Shown here piece after piece: positions 40,376 to 50,593 of a DNA stretch of 64,000 nt (position 1 is its first letter; every line of letters begins with the position of its first letter). Source of the stretch: an uncultured bacterium. GTDB lineage: Bacteria > Margulisbacteria > WOR-1 > CAVSGV01. Under the pieces are notes generated by a model that saw only the letters and a program-made list of their open reading frames with translations, did no database searches and was not told the DNA's origin. Location of the stretch: NCBI GenBank assembly GCA_963768305.1, contig CAVYHE010000003.1:96001-160000 (forward strand), in the 5' to 3' direction. Both the position numbers and the translations under genes were made by a program.

Positions 40376-41343
40376 AAGCCATAAATACAATCGGAGTCGT
40401 TACTCCCGGAGGCGATGCTCCCGGAATGAACACCGCCATAAGGGCGGTAGTCCGGACGGCCATTTTTCACGGGCGCCGCGTCATGGGGATCGAGCGCGGT
40501 TACGCCGGACTCATCGGCGGGGATATCCATTCCATGGACCTGAAATCAGTTTCAGGCATAGTGAACAGAGGAGGGACGGTCCTTCATACTGTCCGCTGCC
40601 CTGAATTCAAGAAAAAATCTTTCAGGAAGATCGCGGGGCGTCAGTTGAAAGATCACGGGATAGACGCATTGGTGATCATAGGCGGCAACGGGTCCCTTGG
40701 CGGAGCGCATGACCTTCACAAGGAATTCGGCATCAATTCAATGGTCGTACCCGCGTCGATAGACAATGATATACCTTACACGGATTCGACGATAGGATAT
40801 GACACGGCGGTCAATACTGCGCTTGACGCGATAGACAAGATACGCGATACGGCGGCATCCCACGAACGGGTCTTCATCATCGAGGTCATGGGAAGGGATA
40901 ACGGGTTCATTGCCCTGGAAGTCGGGCTCGGAGCGGGAGCCGAGATAATACTTGTACCGGAAGTTAAATGCGATTTTGAAAGGGTTGCCAAAAGGCTGCA
41001 GGAAGGAATGGACAGGGGAAAGCTGAGCACGATAATCGTAGTCGCCGAAGGCGCCTGCAGCGGCCAGGACCTCAAGGAATATATCGCGAAGAAACTGCAT
41101 GTGGATGTACGGGTCACGGTCCTGGGCCATATCCAGAGGGGAGGTTCGCCTTCCGCGGAATCCAGGTCACTTGCCTGCAAACTCGGATCAGCAGCTGTGG
41201 AAATGCTTTTGGAAGGAAAAAAGAACAAGCTTGTAGGGATGGTCAATGAAATAGTGACTGCCACGGATATTGCCAAGGCCGTGAAAGCGAAAAAGACGAT
41301 AGACAGGTCCATTCTGGAGTTAGCCGAAAAACTTTCCATATGA
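40369..41343 (+). CDS. pfkA: 6-phosphofructokinase
   Basis: [34 protein letters not shown]. Confidence 0.95.
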   Translation: MVKAINTIGVVTPGGDAPGMNTAIRAVVRTAIFHGRRVMGIERGYAGLIGGDIHSMDLKSVSGIVNRGGTVLHTVRCPEFKKKSFRKIAGRQLKDHGIDALVIIGGNGSLGGAHDLHKEFGINSMVVPASIDNDIPYTDSTIGYDTAVNTALDAIDKIRDTAASHERVFIIEVMGRDNGFIALEVGLGAGAEIILVPEVKCDFERVAKRLQEGMDRGKLSTIIVVAEGACSGQDLKEYIAKKLHVDVRVTVLGHIQRGGSPSAESRSLACKLGSAAVEMLLEGKKNKLVGMVNEIVTATDIAKAVKAKKTIDRSILELAEKLSI

Positions 41344-43565
41344 AGACTTCGGTCAACCTTAAAGTCATCGGGATGGATAATGCCCATTGCATCGGCATTG
41401 TCGGTGCTACGCTGGACAAGCTCCCCGGGATAATTTCGCGGAACCTGCGCATGAATGAAAAAGCGGCCATTACTTATGATACGGACCTCATAGACCTGAA
41501 GAAGATACAGGCGGCCATTCTGGAAGAAGGCTATCCTTCTGTTGAAGAAAAAGAAGCATCCGCCGGCGCCGGAGAGAAAGCCAGGGAAGCGGTGATAAAT
41601 GATCTCAGGAACAGGTTCTTTATCTCACTCATTTTCAGCATACCTCTTCTCATATACATGTTCTCCTTCCTTATCCCTCTGTCTGTCTTTTTTGAAAAGA
41701 ACATGGCCCTGATCCAGTTCATTTTCGCGACACCAGTTATGTTTGCCGGAGGGATGTTCTTTTCAAGGGGGATAGGCTCATTCCTGAAGAATCGGGTCGC
41801 GAACATGGATACTCTTGTGGCTCTCGGCGTCGGCGCGGCATATTTTTACAGTCTGATGGTCTCGGTATTTATCTGGATAGGGCATCCGATCCTCGGGAAC
41901 GAACTTTACTATGAGACCGCGGGGCTTCTGATCACTTTCATCCTTCTGGGGAAATGGCTGGAAGCGGCCGCAAAAGGGAGGACTTCCGAAGCTATCAGGA
42001 AATTGATCGGACTGCGTCCCGGAACGGCGATCGTTGTCAGAGGATCAAAAGAGATCGAGGTTCATCTTGACGAGGTCGTGCCCGGAGATATCGTTATTGT
42101 TAAGCCCGGCCAGAAGATACCTGTGGATGGCGTTATCATTGACGGATATTCCAGTGTTGATGAATCGATGATAACGGGAGAAAGCATACCGGTGGAGAAA
42201 AAAGCAGGCGATAATGTCATAGGCGCGACTATAAACAAGACTGGAACTTTTAAATTCAAAGCGATTAAGGTCGGCTCTGAAACCCTTCTTGCTCACATTA
42301 TCAAAATAGTTGAAGAAGCGCAGGGAAGCAAAGCGCCGATACAGGATCTCGCGGATCTAATTGCCGCGTATTTTGTGCCGTTAGTCGTTGCGCTTGCGGT
42401 AATCTCTTTCGCGGCCTGGATGATGCTTGGCCAAAGTTTTGTATTTTCTCTATCGATATTTATCACAGTGCTTGTCATTTCGTGCCCGTGCGCGCTCGGG
42501 CTGGCGACACCTATCGCGGTAATGATGGGGACGGGGATCGGCGCCGAAAAAGGCATCTTGATAAAGAACGCGAAGTCGCTTCAGATCGCTCAAAAGATCA
42601 GCATCGTTGTTTTTGACAAGACCGGAACTCTCACAAAAGGCATGCCGGAAGTCACGGATATGATCGATCTCGGCGGCGGAAGCGATATTGTCAGGTTCGC
42701 GGCGACAGCCGAAAAACGCTCCCAGCATCCTCTTGCTGAAGCTATTTTGAAATATGCAAAATCAAAAAATATCGATATTCCGGATCCCGACTCGTTCGAT
42801 TCAATTCCTGGCGGCGGAGTCGAGGCAAGGTCCGGGAACAACAAGATCCTTCTCGGGAACAAAAAGCTCATAGCGGACAAAAACATCGATATTTCTTCAG
42901 CTCTTTCAAAGATCGAAGCGCTTGAAGCGAAGGGAAAGACAGTGATTATCGTTTCGGTCAATGGAAAGGCGGCAGGGCTTATTGCGGTCGCCGATACGCT
43001 TAAAGATCATTCCAGATCAGCTATCTCAATGCTCCATGATTCAGGCAAGAAAGTGGCGATCTTGACAGGGGATAACGCAAGGACGGCGGGAGCGATCGCC
43101 GATCTTGTCGGAGCTGACAGCGTCATATCGGAGATACTTCCTTCAGACAAAGCCGGAGAAATAAAGAAGCTTCAGGAGACTGGCGCGGTGGTCGCTATGG
43201 TGGGAGACGGAATAAACGACGCGCCGGCGCTCGCGCAGGCGGATATAGGGATAGCCATTGGATCGGGAACCGATGTGGCAGTGGAATCGGCGGATATCGT
43301 CCTGATAAAAGATGATCTCAGGGACGTTGTCATGGCGATGGACCTTTCAAATTACACCATGAGAAAGATAAAACAGGGCCTCTTCTGGGCGTTCATATAT
43401 AATATTATAGGCATTCCGGTCGCCGCAGGACTGCTCTATCCCTTTACAGGTTTTCTGCTAAACCCTATAATAGCGGGAACTGCCATGGCGTTCAGTTCCG
43501 TTTCGGTGGTCCTTAACGCGCTTTCAATGAAGCGATATGAATTTTCGATAAAGGGAGGTGAATGA
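41340..43565 (+). CDS. copA: Cu(I)-type P1B ATPase
   Basis: [24 protein letters not shown] and MAFSS motifs; N-terminal HMA with GMDNAHC. Confidence 0.9.
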   Translation: MKTSVNLKVIGMDNAHCIGIVGATLDKLPGIISRNLRMNEKAAITYDTDLIDLKKIQAAILEEGYPSVEEKEASAGAGEKAREAVINDLRNRFFISLIFSIPLLIYMFSFLIPLSVFFEKNMALIQFIFATPVMFAGGMFFSRGIGSFLKNRVANMDTLVALGVGAAYFYSLMVSVFIWIGHPILGNELYYETAGLLITFILLGKWLEAAAKGRTSEAIRKLIGLRPGTAIVVRGSKEIEVHLDEVVPGDIVIVKPGQKIPVDGVIIDGYSSVDESMITGESIPVEKKAGDNVIGATINKTGTFKFKAIKVGSETLLAHIIKIVEEAQGSKAPIQDLADLIAAYFVPLVVALAVISFAAWMMLGQSFVFSLSIFITVLVISCPCALGLATPIAVMMGTGIGAEKGILIKNAKSLQIAQKISIVVFDKTGTLTKGMPEVTDMIDLGGGSDIVRFAATAEKRSQHPLAEAILKYAKSKNIDIPDPDSFDSIPGGGVEARSGNNKILLGNKKLIADKNIDISSALSKIEALEAKGKTVIIVSVNGKAAGLIAVADTLKDHSRSAISMLHDSGKKVAILTGDNARTAGAIADLVGADSVISEILPSDKAGEIKKLQETGAVVAMVGDGINDAPALAQADIGIAIGSGTDVAVESADIVLIKDDLRDVVMAMDLSNYTMRKIKQGLFWAFIYNIIGIPVAAGLLYPFTGFLLNPIIAGTAMAFSSVSVVLNALSMKRYEFSIKGGE

Positions 43566-43905
43566 AATGTTATACGGAATTCTGGCCAGCGTAATAATAA
43601 TCATCGGTCTTGCCTATGTGATACTTGTGCTTGCAAATAAAGAATCCGGCAACATGAAGATCGGCGGGCAAATAATAGCGGCGCTTGTTCTTTTCGTTGC
43701 CATCGCGATCCTTTATCATGGATATGTCGGCGGCAGATACAATAGGGGATGCAACGTGATGGGGGGTAAGGGCGAGATGATGGAGGGAAAGTGCGGAATG
43801 ATGATGGAGATGATGAAAAAAGACCCGTCCATCATGCAGGACATGTGCAAGAACAAGGAAATGCGCGACATGATGAAGAAAGACATGATGAAATACGGCA
43901 AATAG
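43558..43905 (+). CDS. Two-TM protein with Met-rich C-terminus
   Basis: Two hydrophobic helices, then [14 protein letters not shown]...MM. Confidence 0.7.
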   Translation: MNEMLYGILASVIIIIGLAYVILVLANKESGNMKIGGQIIAALVLFVAIAILYHGYVGGRYNRGCNVMGGKGEMMEGKCGMMMEMMKKDPSIMQDMCKNKEMRDMMKKDMMKYGK

Positions 43906-43917
43906 GAGAGTGTTCTA

Positions 43918-44079
43918 ATGGCAAAAGATCCCGTATGCGGAATGGATGTGGACGAAAAAAAAGTCACTCAAAAGACCCTTTATAAAGGGAAGGAGTATTA
44001 TTTCTGTTCTGCCACCTGCAAAAAAGCTTTTGACAAGGAACCTGAAAAATATATTGAGATCAGCGATTCAAATAAATGA
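43918..44079 (+). CDS. YHS domain protein (53 aa, absent from ORF track)
   Basis: MAKDPVCGMDV...YKGKEYYFCSATCKKAFDKEPEKY; AGGAG RBS. Confidence 0.92.
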   Translation: MAKDPVCGMDVDEKKVTQKTLYKGKEYYFCSATCKKAFDKEPEKYIEISDSNK

Positions 44080-44099
44080 ATCAACAAGGGGGTGACTAA

Positions 44100-44555
44100 A
44101 TGAAAAAGTATTTATTGCTTGCTGTCTGTTTTGTGTTGTTCCTGGGCATGGTGTCGTTCGCGCAGGATGTCGTGAAGGATTCCGCTTCTGCCGAGGTAAA
44201 AAATGCTAACAGAGCCATAAACCTGAAGGATAAACTTGGATTGACCGATGAACAGTCCGCGAAACTGAAAGCGATCAACACGGACCTCGCTCAGAAGAAT
44301 TCCGTTCTTGTTAATCAGGTGAACGCCATTTCAAAGGAGATCGGGGATATCATGAATTCGGACGATCCGGACCTGAAACAGGCGGAAACGAAGGTTCGCG
44401 ACCTCGAGAAGATAAGGACGCAGATCATGCTTAACAGGCTTTCCGCGATGAAAGAGGTCGGGAAAGTCCTTACTAAAGAGCAGAAGGAAAAGATCAAGCA
44501 GATGGGAGCCGGGAACAGAGGGTCTAAGAGCGTAATGCCGCCGAAAGGCAAATAA
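44100..44555 (+). CDS. Spy/CpxP-like periplasmic protein
   Basis: Signal peptide; LGLTDEQ and LTKEQ (LTxxQ) motifs. Confidence 0.8.
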   Translation: MKKYLLLAVCFVLFLGMVSFAQDVVKDSASAEVKNANRAINLKDKLGLTDEQSAKLKAINTDLAQKNSVLVNQVNAISKEIGDIMNSDDPDLKQAETKVRDLEKIRTQIMLNRLSAMKEVGKVLTKEQKEKIKQMGAGNRGSKSVMPPKGK

Positions 44556-45367
44556 TGTCCTCATCCGTCATTCACGCGAAATTCAAAAAGCTAAAGGAGA
44601 TCCTCCGGAAGACCGGAGGTCTCCTTATTGCTTTCTCAGGAGGGGTCGATTCTTCGTTTCTCTTGAAAGTTGCGCATGATGTTTTAGGCAAAAAAGTTCT
44701 TGCAGTCATTGCCGTGTCCAGGACCTACCCAATTGAGGAGGGCAGGGCGGCAGTTCAATTCGCCAGGAAACTCGGTGTCAGATATATGATGATAGAGACT
44801 GCCGAATTCAATGATGAAAACTTTGTATCAAATCCTCACGAAAGATGTTACCACTGCAAGAAAGAGCTTTTCTCCAGGCTTGCCGATATAGCGGAAAAAG
44901 AAGGCATCAAATATATCGCCGACGGGTCGAACGTCACGGACCTTTCTGATAACAGGCCGGGGGTGAGAGCTGCGGCAGAGTACCGCGTATCGAGCCCGTT
45001 AAGGGAAGCGGGGTTCACGAAAGACGAGATAAGAGAGATGTCGAAAGAGATCAAGCTTCCCACATGGGACAAGCCCCAGCTCGCGTGCCTTGCTTCAAGG
45101 ATCCCGTATGGGACAAGGATAACGAAGCAAATATTGGATAAGGTCGGAAAAGGCGAAAAATACCTGAAAAGCCTGGGGCTGAAGCAGGTGAGGGTGAGGC
45201 ACCACGGCGGTCTGGCAAGGATAGAAGTGGATAAATGTGATGTTGTCTCGCTGCTCGAGGATGGCATCGCCGATATGATAGATAAGAAGTTCAGGAAGCT
45301 TGGCTATGATTTTGTGACGATCGACCTTGGAGGTTACCGCACTGGATCGATGAATGATCCGTTATGA
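44555..45367 (+). CDS. larE: ATP-dependent sulfur transferase LarE
   Basis: AFSGGVDS, RCYHCK, DGSN, RPG, ACLASRIPYG, QVRVRHH, GYRTGSMN. Confidence 0.92.
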   Translation: MSSSVIHAKFKKLKEILRKTGGLLIAFSGGVDSSFLLKVAHDVLGKKVLAVIAVSRTYPIEEGRAAVQFARKLGVRYMMIETAEFNDENFVSNPHERCYHCKKELFSRLADIAEKEGIKYIADGSNVTDLSDNRPGVRAAAEYRVSSPLREAGFTKDEIREMSKEIKLPTWDKPQLACLASRIPYGTRITKQILDKVGKGEKYLKSLGLKQVRVRHHGGLARIEVDKCDVVSLLEDGIADMIDKKFRKLGYDFVTIDLGGYRTGSMNDPL

Positions 45368-45380
45368 TTCTTCAGCTTAT

Positions 45381-45758
45381 TTATATCTGAAGCTCTCTTG
45401 CTGAGTCAAATTCGTGATTGGCGTCTTCGCCTCTGCCGGTCTTTGAAAAAATAATGCCTTTGCCCTCATGGGCCAAAACATGATCCGGGTTGATCGCTAG
45501 GACTTTTTCAAAACTTAACATGGCTTTATTGAATTTGTTTTGTCTTAAATAAATGCAGCCCAGGTCGTAATGGGCTTCTGCATTGTCCGGTTCGATCTTA
45601 ATGGTCATTTTGAGGTATTTTATCGCGAGATTTAATTGACCCTGGTTTTTAAAAGCAACGCCAAAAAGGTGGAAGTCTGCCGCGTCTTTGTGGATATAGA
45701 CCCTAACAGCCTGCTTTCTGAAAATAATTAATCGATTTATTAACTTTCCAAATTTCAT
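45381..45758 (-). CDS. TPR protein
   Basis: PDNAEAHYDLG and NPDHVLAH repeats. Confidence 0.8.
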   Translation of the reverse strand: MKFGKLINRLIIFRKQAVRVYIHKDAADFHLFGVAFKNQGQLNLAIKYLKMTIKIEPDNAEAHYDLGCIYLRQNKFNKAMLSFEKVLAINPDHVLAHEGKGIIFSKTGRGEDANHEFDSARELQI

Positions 45759-45774
45759 GTTTCATTCTTCTTTG

Positions 45775-46470
45775 TTATACCTTCATAAGTTTCGCTATTT
45801 CTAATTCGTCTTGGGCTTCCGAGTTTTTTCCTGCTTTTTTATAAAGTTCCGCCAGTATGTTGTGAACATCCTCAGAATCATTATCCGGATTGATCTTCAT
45901 CGCCTTTTTGAATTCGGTTATCGCCTCCTCAAATTTACCCTGTTTTTCATGAATAGCGCTTAATTTAAAATGTATGATCGCAATATTCTTTTTTGTCTTA
46001 ATGGCCTTTTCGTAATGCAATGTTGAATCGAGAGGCCTCCCCGCTACGGCATATACAAGACCAAGTTTGTTGAGAGTATCAAGATAATTCGGGTGGAACT
46101 TGATCGCTTTTCCATATTCTCCTATTGCTTCATCGAACTTATCCCGATTACCATAGGCATCGCCCACGTCTATGTGGGAATTTATAAGATTCGGATATAT
46201 TCTGGCAGCTGTTTCAAATGCATGCATTGACTTTGGCAGTATTCCCATTTTGGCATAAACAACGCCTAACCCGTGGTAAGCATCCGCATAATGAGGCTCA
46301 ATCCCAATAGCTTTCTCGTAGCATTTAATTGCTGCCTTGAATTTCATCTGTTCCATATTATTGTTGCCCAGCCTGTAGTTTGTCGCCGCTTCACCGGCAA
46401 AGGCCGTCCTCATGATCAGTTTGCTGAAACTTTTAAAAAAGCGCGTTTCTTTTCTCATTTCCACTAACAT
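45775..46470 (-). CDS. TPR protein
   Basis: Multiple TPRs (EPHYADAYHGLG, FDEAIGEYGKAI, FEEAITEFKKAM); AGGGAGG RBS. Confidence 0.85.
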   Translation of the reverse strand: MLVEMRKETRFFKSFSKLIMRTAFAGEAATNYRLGNNNMEQMKFKAAIKCYEKAIGIEPHYADAYHGLGVVYAKMGILPKSMHAFETAARIYPNLINSHIDVGDAYGNRDKFDEAIGEYGKAIKFHPNYLDTLNKLGLVYAVAGRPLDSTLHYEKAIKTKKNIAIIHFKLSAIHEKQGKFEEAITEFKKAMKINPDNDSEDVHNILAELYKKAGKNSEAQDELEIAKLMKV

Positions 46471-46505
46471 ATTTTATTCCTCCCTGGCTTATTCCAATCA
46501 TAGTA

Positions 46506-46534
46506 TTATCGACAAATATCCCCTGAAATTTCAC
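46506..46534 (-). promoter_or_regulatory. Conserved sigma-28-like promoter motif, copy 3
   Basis: Minus strand: AAAAAAA GTGAAATTT caggggatattt GTCGATAA (12-nt spacer). Confidence 0.7.
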
Positions 46535-46559
46535 TTTTTTTGGATATGTTTTAAGGGAC

Positions 46560-46592
46560 TATGTTGACAAGAATACTCAACAATGATAATAT
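46560..46592 (+). promoter_or_regulatory. Sigma-70 promoter overlapped by an IscR/Rrf2-type operator
   Basis: TTGACA (46564) - 17 nt - TAATAT (46587) with extended TG; inverted repeat TGTTGA-N10-TCAACA across the -35. Confidence 0.65.
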
Positions 46593-46598
46593 TCAGCC

Positions 46599-47003
46599 GT
46601 GAAAATGACCACTAAAGGGAAATACGCGGTTTCCGCCATGTGCGAGCTGGCTGGCGCAAACAATGATGGGAAATATCTTCAGGCCAAGGATATAGCGGCA
46701 AGGCATTTCCTTTCAGAGCTGTACGTGGAACAGATATTGAACAAGCTGAAGAAAGCGGGCCTTGTGAAAGCCGTGAGAGGGCCTCAAGGAGGGTACAAGC
46801 TTTCATCGCCGCCGAAAATGATAAAAATCGGGGATATACTGGAAGCCACCGAAGGACCCATTTCTCTGGTAAGCTGCATCGGCGGGAGCCATAAAGATGT
46901 TTGCAGGCTTTCGTCAAAATGCAAGACCGTAAAATTCTGGTCAAAGCTGAATACCGTGATAAAGCGCGTCCTGGATGAAACTACCCTGGATGACCTGTGT
47001 TAA
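46599..47003 (+). CDS. Rrf2-family regulator (IscR/CymR-like)
   Basis: TTKGKYA, YVEQIL, RGPQGGY, three Cys (SC...VC...KC). Confidence 0.92.
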   Translation: MKMTTKGKYAVSAMCELAGANNDGKYLQAKDIAARHFLSELYVEQILNKLKKAGLVKAVRGPQGGYKLSSPPKMIKIGDILEATEGPISLVSCIGGSHKDVCRLSSKCKTVKFWSKLNTVIKRVLDETTLDDLC

Positions 47004-47013
47004 GGAGGCGGAC

Positions 47014-48183
47014 ATGAAACGGATTTATATGGATTATGCCGCGACCACGCCTATGCATCCTGATGTCGCGGAGACAATGAAGCCCTATTTTACTGATAAT
47101 TTCGGCAATCCTTCCAGCATCCATTCATATGGACGTGATGCCAGAAAAGCGATCGATGCCGCCAGGGACAATATTGCGGCTTTTATCGGGGCAAGACCGG
47201 ACGAGATCATATTCACTTCGGGCGGGACCGAAGCGGATAATTTCGCCCTTGAAGGCGTGGCTTTCGCGAACGAGAAGAAAGGGAACCATATCATATCAAC
47301 TTCCATCGAACACCACGCGGTCATTAACTGTCTGGATTTTCTTAAAAAAAGAGGATTTAAAGTCACTTATGTTCCTGTTGACAGCACGGGGCTTGTGGAT
47401 CCTGCGGATGTCAGGAAGGCTATTACTGATAAGACTTTCCTTGTATCGGTCATGCATGCGAATAATGAAATAGGGACTATCGAGCCGATAGCCGAGATCG
47501 GCGCTGCCTGCAGGGAAAAAGGAGTTTATTTCCACACTGACGCGGTTCAGACATTCGGGCATCTGCCGATAGATGTCAGCAAGCTGAATGTCGATCTTCT
47601 TTCAGCATCCGCTCATAAGCTTTATGGTCCGAAAGGCGTCGGCTTGTTATATGTGAAGAAAGGCACAAAGATCATGCCTTATCTTCATGGCGGGGAGCAG
47701 GAAAGGGGATTAAGGGCTTCCACTGAGAATGTGCCGGGGATCGTCGGTTTCTCAAAAGCAGTCGATATCGCAAAAAGCGAAATGGAAAACGAAGAAAAAA
47801 AACTGACTGTTCTCAGGGATAAACTTATCAAGGGGATACTTTCCGGGATAGAGGATACACGTCTTAACGGACATACCAATAGAAGGTTGCCGAACAATGT
47901 TAATGTAAGCATCGAATATATAGAAGGCGAATCAATGATCCTTAGACTGGATCTGGAAGGTATCGCGGGGTCAACGGGCTCGGCGTGCAGTTCCGGATCG
48001 CTCGAGCCGTCGCATGTTCTTTTATCCATCGGTCTGCCGGCGGAAATCGCTCATTCATCCCTTCGTTTGACGCTGGGAAGATGGACGACCGAAGAAGAAG
48101 TTGACCATGTCCTTAAAGTATTGCCTAAAATCGTCGGAGATCTGCGGGCAATGTCGCCGATGAAAAGGCCAACGATCAAATAA
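47014..48183 (+). CDS. iscS: Cysteine desulfurase (NifS/IscS)
   Basis: YMDYAATTP, GNPSS, TSGGTE, HTDAVQ, SAHKLYGPKG, GSACSSG. Confidence 0.93.
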   Translation: MKRIYMDYAATTPMHPDVAETMKPYFTDNFGNPSSIHSYGRDARKAIDAARDNIAAFIGARPDEIIFTSGGTEADNFALEGVAFANEKKGNHIISTSIEHHAVINCLDFLKKRGFKVTYVPVDSTGLVDPADVRKAITDKTFLVSVMHANNEIGTIEPIAEIGAACREKGVYFHTDAVQTFGHLPIDVSKLNVDLLSASAHKLYGPKGVGLLYVKKGTKIMPYLHGGEQERGLRASTENVPGIVGFSKAVDIAKSEMENEEKKLTVLRDKLIKGILSGIEDTRLNGHTNRRLPNNVNVSIEYIEGESMILRLDLEGIAGSTGSACSSGSLEPSHVLLSIGLPAEIAHSSLRLTLGRWTTEEEVDHVLKVLPKIVGDLRAMSPMKRPTIK

Positions 48184-48205
48184 TGAACAAGGAGGATGTC
48201 ATCTT

Positions 48206-48625
48206 ATGACCGGTTCTTATTCTGAAAAAGTAATGGACCATTTCGCTCATCCCAGAAATGTGGGAGTTATTGAAAATGCTTCCGGAGTGGGGAAGGTGGG
48301 CAATCCTGTCTGCGGGGATGTCATGGAGCTTTTCATAAAAGTTGAAAAGAACATCATTTCCGATGTGAAGTTCAGGACGTTCGGCTGCGGCGCGGCTATC
48401 GCTACCAGCTCCATGGTCACTGAAATGGTGAAAGGCAAAACTATCGAAGAAGCTCTGACAATATCCAATAAGGCAGTTGCGCAGGCTTTGGACGGCTTAC
48501 CTCCGGTGAAAATGCATTGTTCCGTCCTCGCAGAAGACGCATTGAAAGCAGCTATCGATGATTATTTGAAAAAAACAACAGGACAGGGACTCCCGGGTTT
48601 TAAGCCGCATGAAGAACACGACTAA
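48206..48625 (+). CDS. iscU: Fe-S scaffold IscU/NifU
   Basis: HPRNVG, GNPVCGD, FGCGAAIA, LPPVKMHCS. Confidence 0.93.
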   Translation: MTGSYSEKVMDHFAHPRNVGVIENASGVGKVGNPVCGDVMELFIKVEKNIISDVKFRTFGCGAAIATSSMVTEMVKGKTIEEALTISNKAVAQALDGLPPVKMHCSVLAEDALKAAIDDYLKKTTGQGLPGFKPHEEHD

Positions 48626-49646
48626 AGTTATCGTCGCCATGTCGGGCGGCGTGGACAGTTCCGTTGCGGCTGCGCTTTTAAAAAAAGCCGGATATGATGT
48701 CATTGGCATTACAATGGACTTATTGCCCGGGAAAAAAGACGGCGCCTGCTGTTCACTTTCCGCAGTTGAAGATGCAAGAAGAGTTGCCGGCATTCTTGAT
48801 ATCCCATATTATGTTATCAATTTCAAAAAGATCTTCAAAGAAACCGTTATCGATGATTTTATTGCAGAATATAACTGCGGCAGGACCCCGAACCCCTGCG
48901 TGCGCTGCAATAAATTCATAAAGTTCGATGCGTTGCTAAAAAAAGCGAAAAGCCTGGGAGCTGGATTTATCGCGACCGGGCATTACGCAAAGATTGAAAA
49001 AACCAGTGGCAGGTACCTTTTGAAAAAAGGGATCGATGTAAAAAAAGACCAGTCGTATTTTCTTTATCCGCTCCATCAAGGGGCTTTGTCGCGCACTATA
49101 TTTCCTGTTGGTAATTTGACGAAAAAGGAAGTAAGGGCGTTGGCAAAAAAATTCAAACTTCAAGTTGCTGACAAAGAAGAAAGCCAGGATATCTGCTTTA
49201 TTGACAGATCTCCCGGAGAATTATCAAAGCCCAAAAAAGGGAATATTGTTGATATGAATGGCAATGTACTTGGGAAACATAAGGGTTATCAGTTATATAC
49301 TATTGGTCAGAGGAAAGGACTGGGCTTGGCGATGAAAGAGCCCTTATATGTTGTTAAAATTGACGCTAAAAAGAACGAATTAGCTGTCGGAACAAGGGGT
49401 GATGTTTTTAGTGCCGAATTGATTGCGGGCGATCTGAACTGGATCTCGGTCAGAAAATGTCCTCCAAAAATGAAAGTCAAAGCAAAGATCAGGTACAATT
49501 CTCCCGAATGTGACGCGAAAATTTCGCCGTTGCCGCGCGGGAAGGTCAAGGTGATGTTTCGTAAACCTCAGTTCGCGGTCACGCCCGGGCAATCCGTCGT
49601 TTTTTATGATGGAGATGTCGTTGTCGGCGGTGGTATAATCCAATAA
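48609..49646 (+). CDS. mnmA: tRNA 2-thiouridylase
   Basis: AMSGGVDSSV, TPNPCVRCN, ATGHYA, KDQSYFL, ESQDICF, TIGQRKGLG, TPGQ. Confidence 0.95.
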   Translation: MKNTTKVIVAMSGGVDSSVAAALLKKAGYDVIGITMDLLPGKKDGACCSLSAVEDARRVAGILDIPYYVINFKKIFKETVIDDFIAEYNCGRTPNPCVRCNKFIKFDALLKKAKSLGAGFIATGHYAKIEKTSGRYLLKKGIDVKKDQSYFLYPLHQGALSRTIFPVGNLTKKEVRALAKKFKLQVADKEESQDICFIDRSPGELSKPKKGNIVDMNGNVLGKHKGYQLYTIGQRKGLGLAMKEPLYVVKIDAKKNELAVGTRGDVFSAELIAGDLNWISVRKCPPKMKVKAKIRYNSPECDAKISPLPRGKVKVMFRKPQFAVTPGQSVVFYDGDVVVGGGIIQ

Positions 49647-49676
49647 TATCCAATGACCAATATCAAATGACAAATT

Positions 49677-50579
49677 ATGGAACAAATAATTAATCAAATT
49701 AATCAGTTAAGAAAACGGAAGAATGCCGTAATTCTTGCGCATAATTATCAGCTGCCGGAGATACAGGACATTGCCGATTATGTGGGTGACTCATTGGGCC
49801 TTTCCATTGAAGCTTCAAAGTCCGGTGCGGACATGATCGTTTTTTGCGGGGTGTATTTCATGGCGGAGACCGCCGCGATCCTGTGCCCCGAAAAGACGGT
49901 GGTCATGCCGGATGTGAATGCCGGATGCCCTATGGCGAACATGATGAATGCTGAGGATGTCAGAAGGCTTAAGAAGGAACATCCCCGATATATTGTTATA
50001 ACTTATGTGAACTCCTCCGCGGAGGTCAAAGCAGAATCGGATTATTGCTGCACATCCGCTAATGCGGTCAAAGTTGTTGAAAAATTGATCGATAAAGATA
50101 TCATCTTTATCCCCGATAAATATCTGGGTGATTATGTTTCTAAACAGACGGGCAAGAAAATGATCCTGTTCAACGGATTCTGCCCGACACATGTCAAAAT
50201 TCTGCCGGAGCATATCGATATCGCAAAAAAACAGCATCCGAACGCTCTTGTTATCGTTCATCCGGAATGCCTGCCTCCCGTGATAGAAAAAGCCGATAAA
50301 GTCGCCTCAACAGGCGGAATGATGAAATTTGTCAAGGAATCGCCGTCGAAAGAATTCATTATCGGCACTGAAGTGGGGTTGATATACCGGCTCCAAAAAG
50401 AAAATCCCGGCAAGAAATTCTACCCAGCCACGCCGCTCGCGGTCTGCCCGAACATGAAGCGGACAACGCTTGAAAAGGTACTCTGGTCCCTGGAAGAAGA
50501 AAAAACAAAGGTCACTGTCCCTTCCAATATCGCATCAAAAGCAAAACTTGCTATAGATAGAATGCTTCAATTGGTATAA
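49677..50579 (+). CDS. nadA: Quinolinate synthase
   Basis: ILAHNYQ, GDSL, CGVYFMAE, AGCPMA, HPEC, CPNMK. Confidence 0.95.
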   Translation: MEQIINQINQLRKRKNAVILAHNYQLPEIQDIADYVGDSLGLSIEASKSGADMIVFCGVYFMAETAAILCPEKTVVMPDVNAGCPMANMMNAEDVRRLKKEHPRYIVITYVNSSAEVKAESDYCCTSANAVKVVEKLIDKDIIFIPDKYLGDYVSKQTGKKMILFNGFCPTHVKILPEHIDIAKKQHPNALVIVHPECLPPVIEKADKVASTGGMMKFVKESPSKEFIIGTEVGLIYRLQKENPGKKFYPATPLAVCPNMKRTTLEKVLWSLEEEKTKVTVPSNIASKAKLAIDRMLQLV

Positions 50580-50593
50580 AGTATATAAAAATC

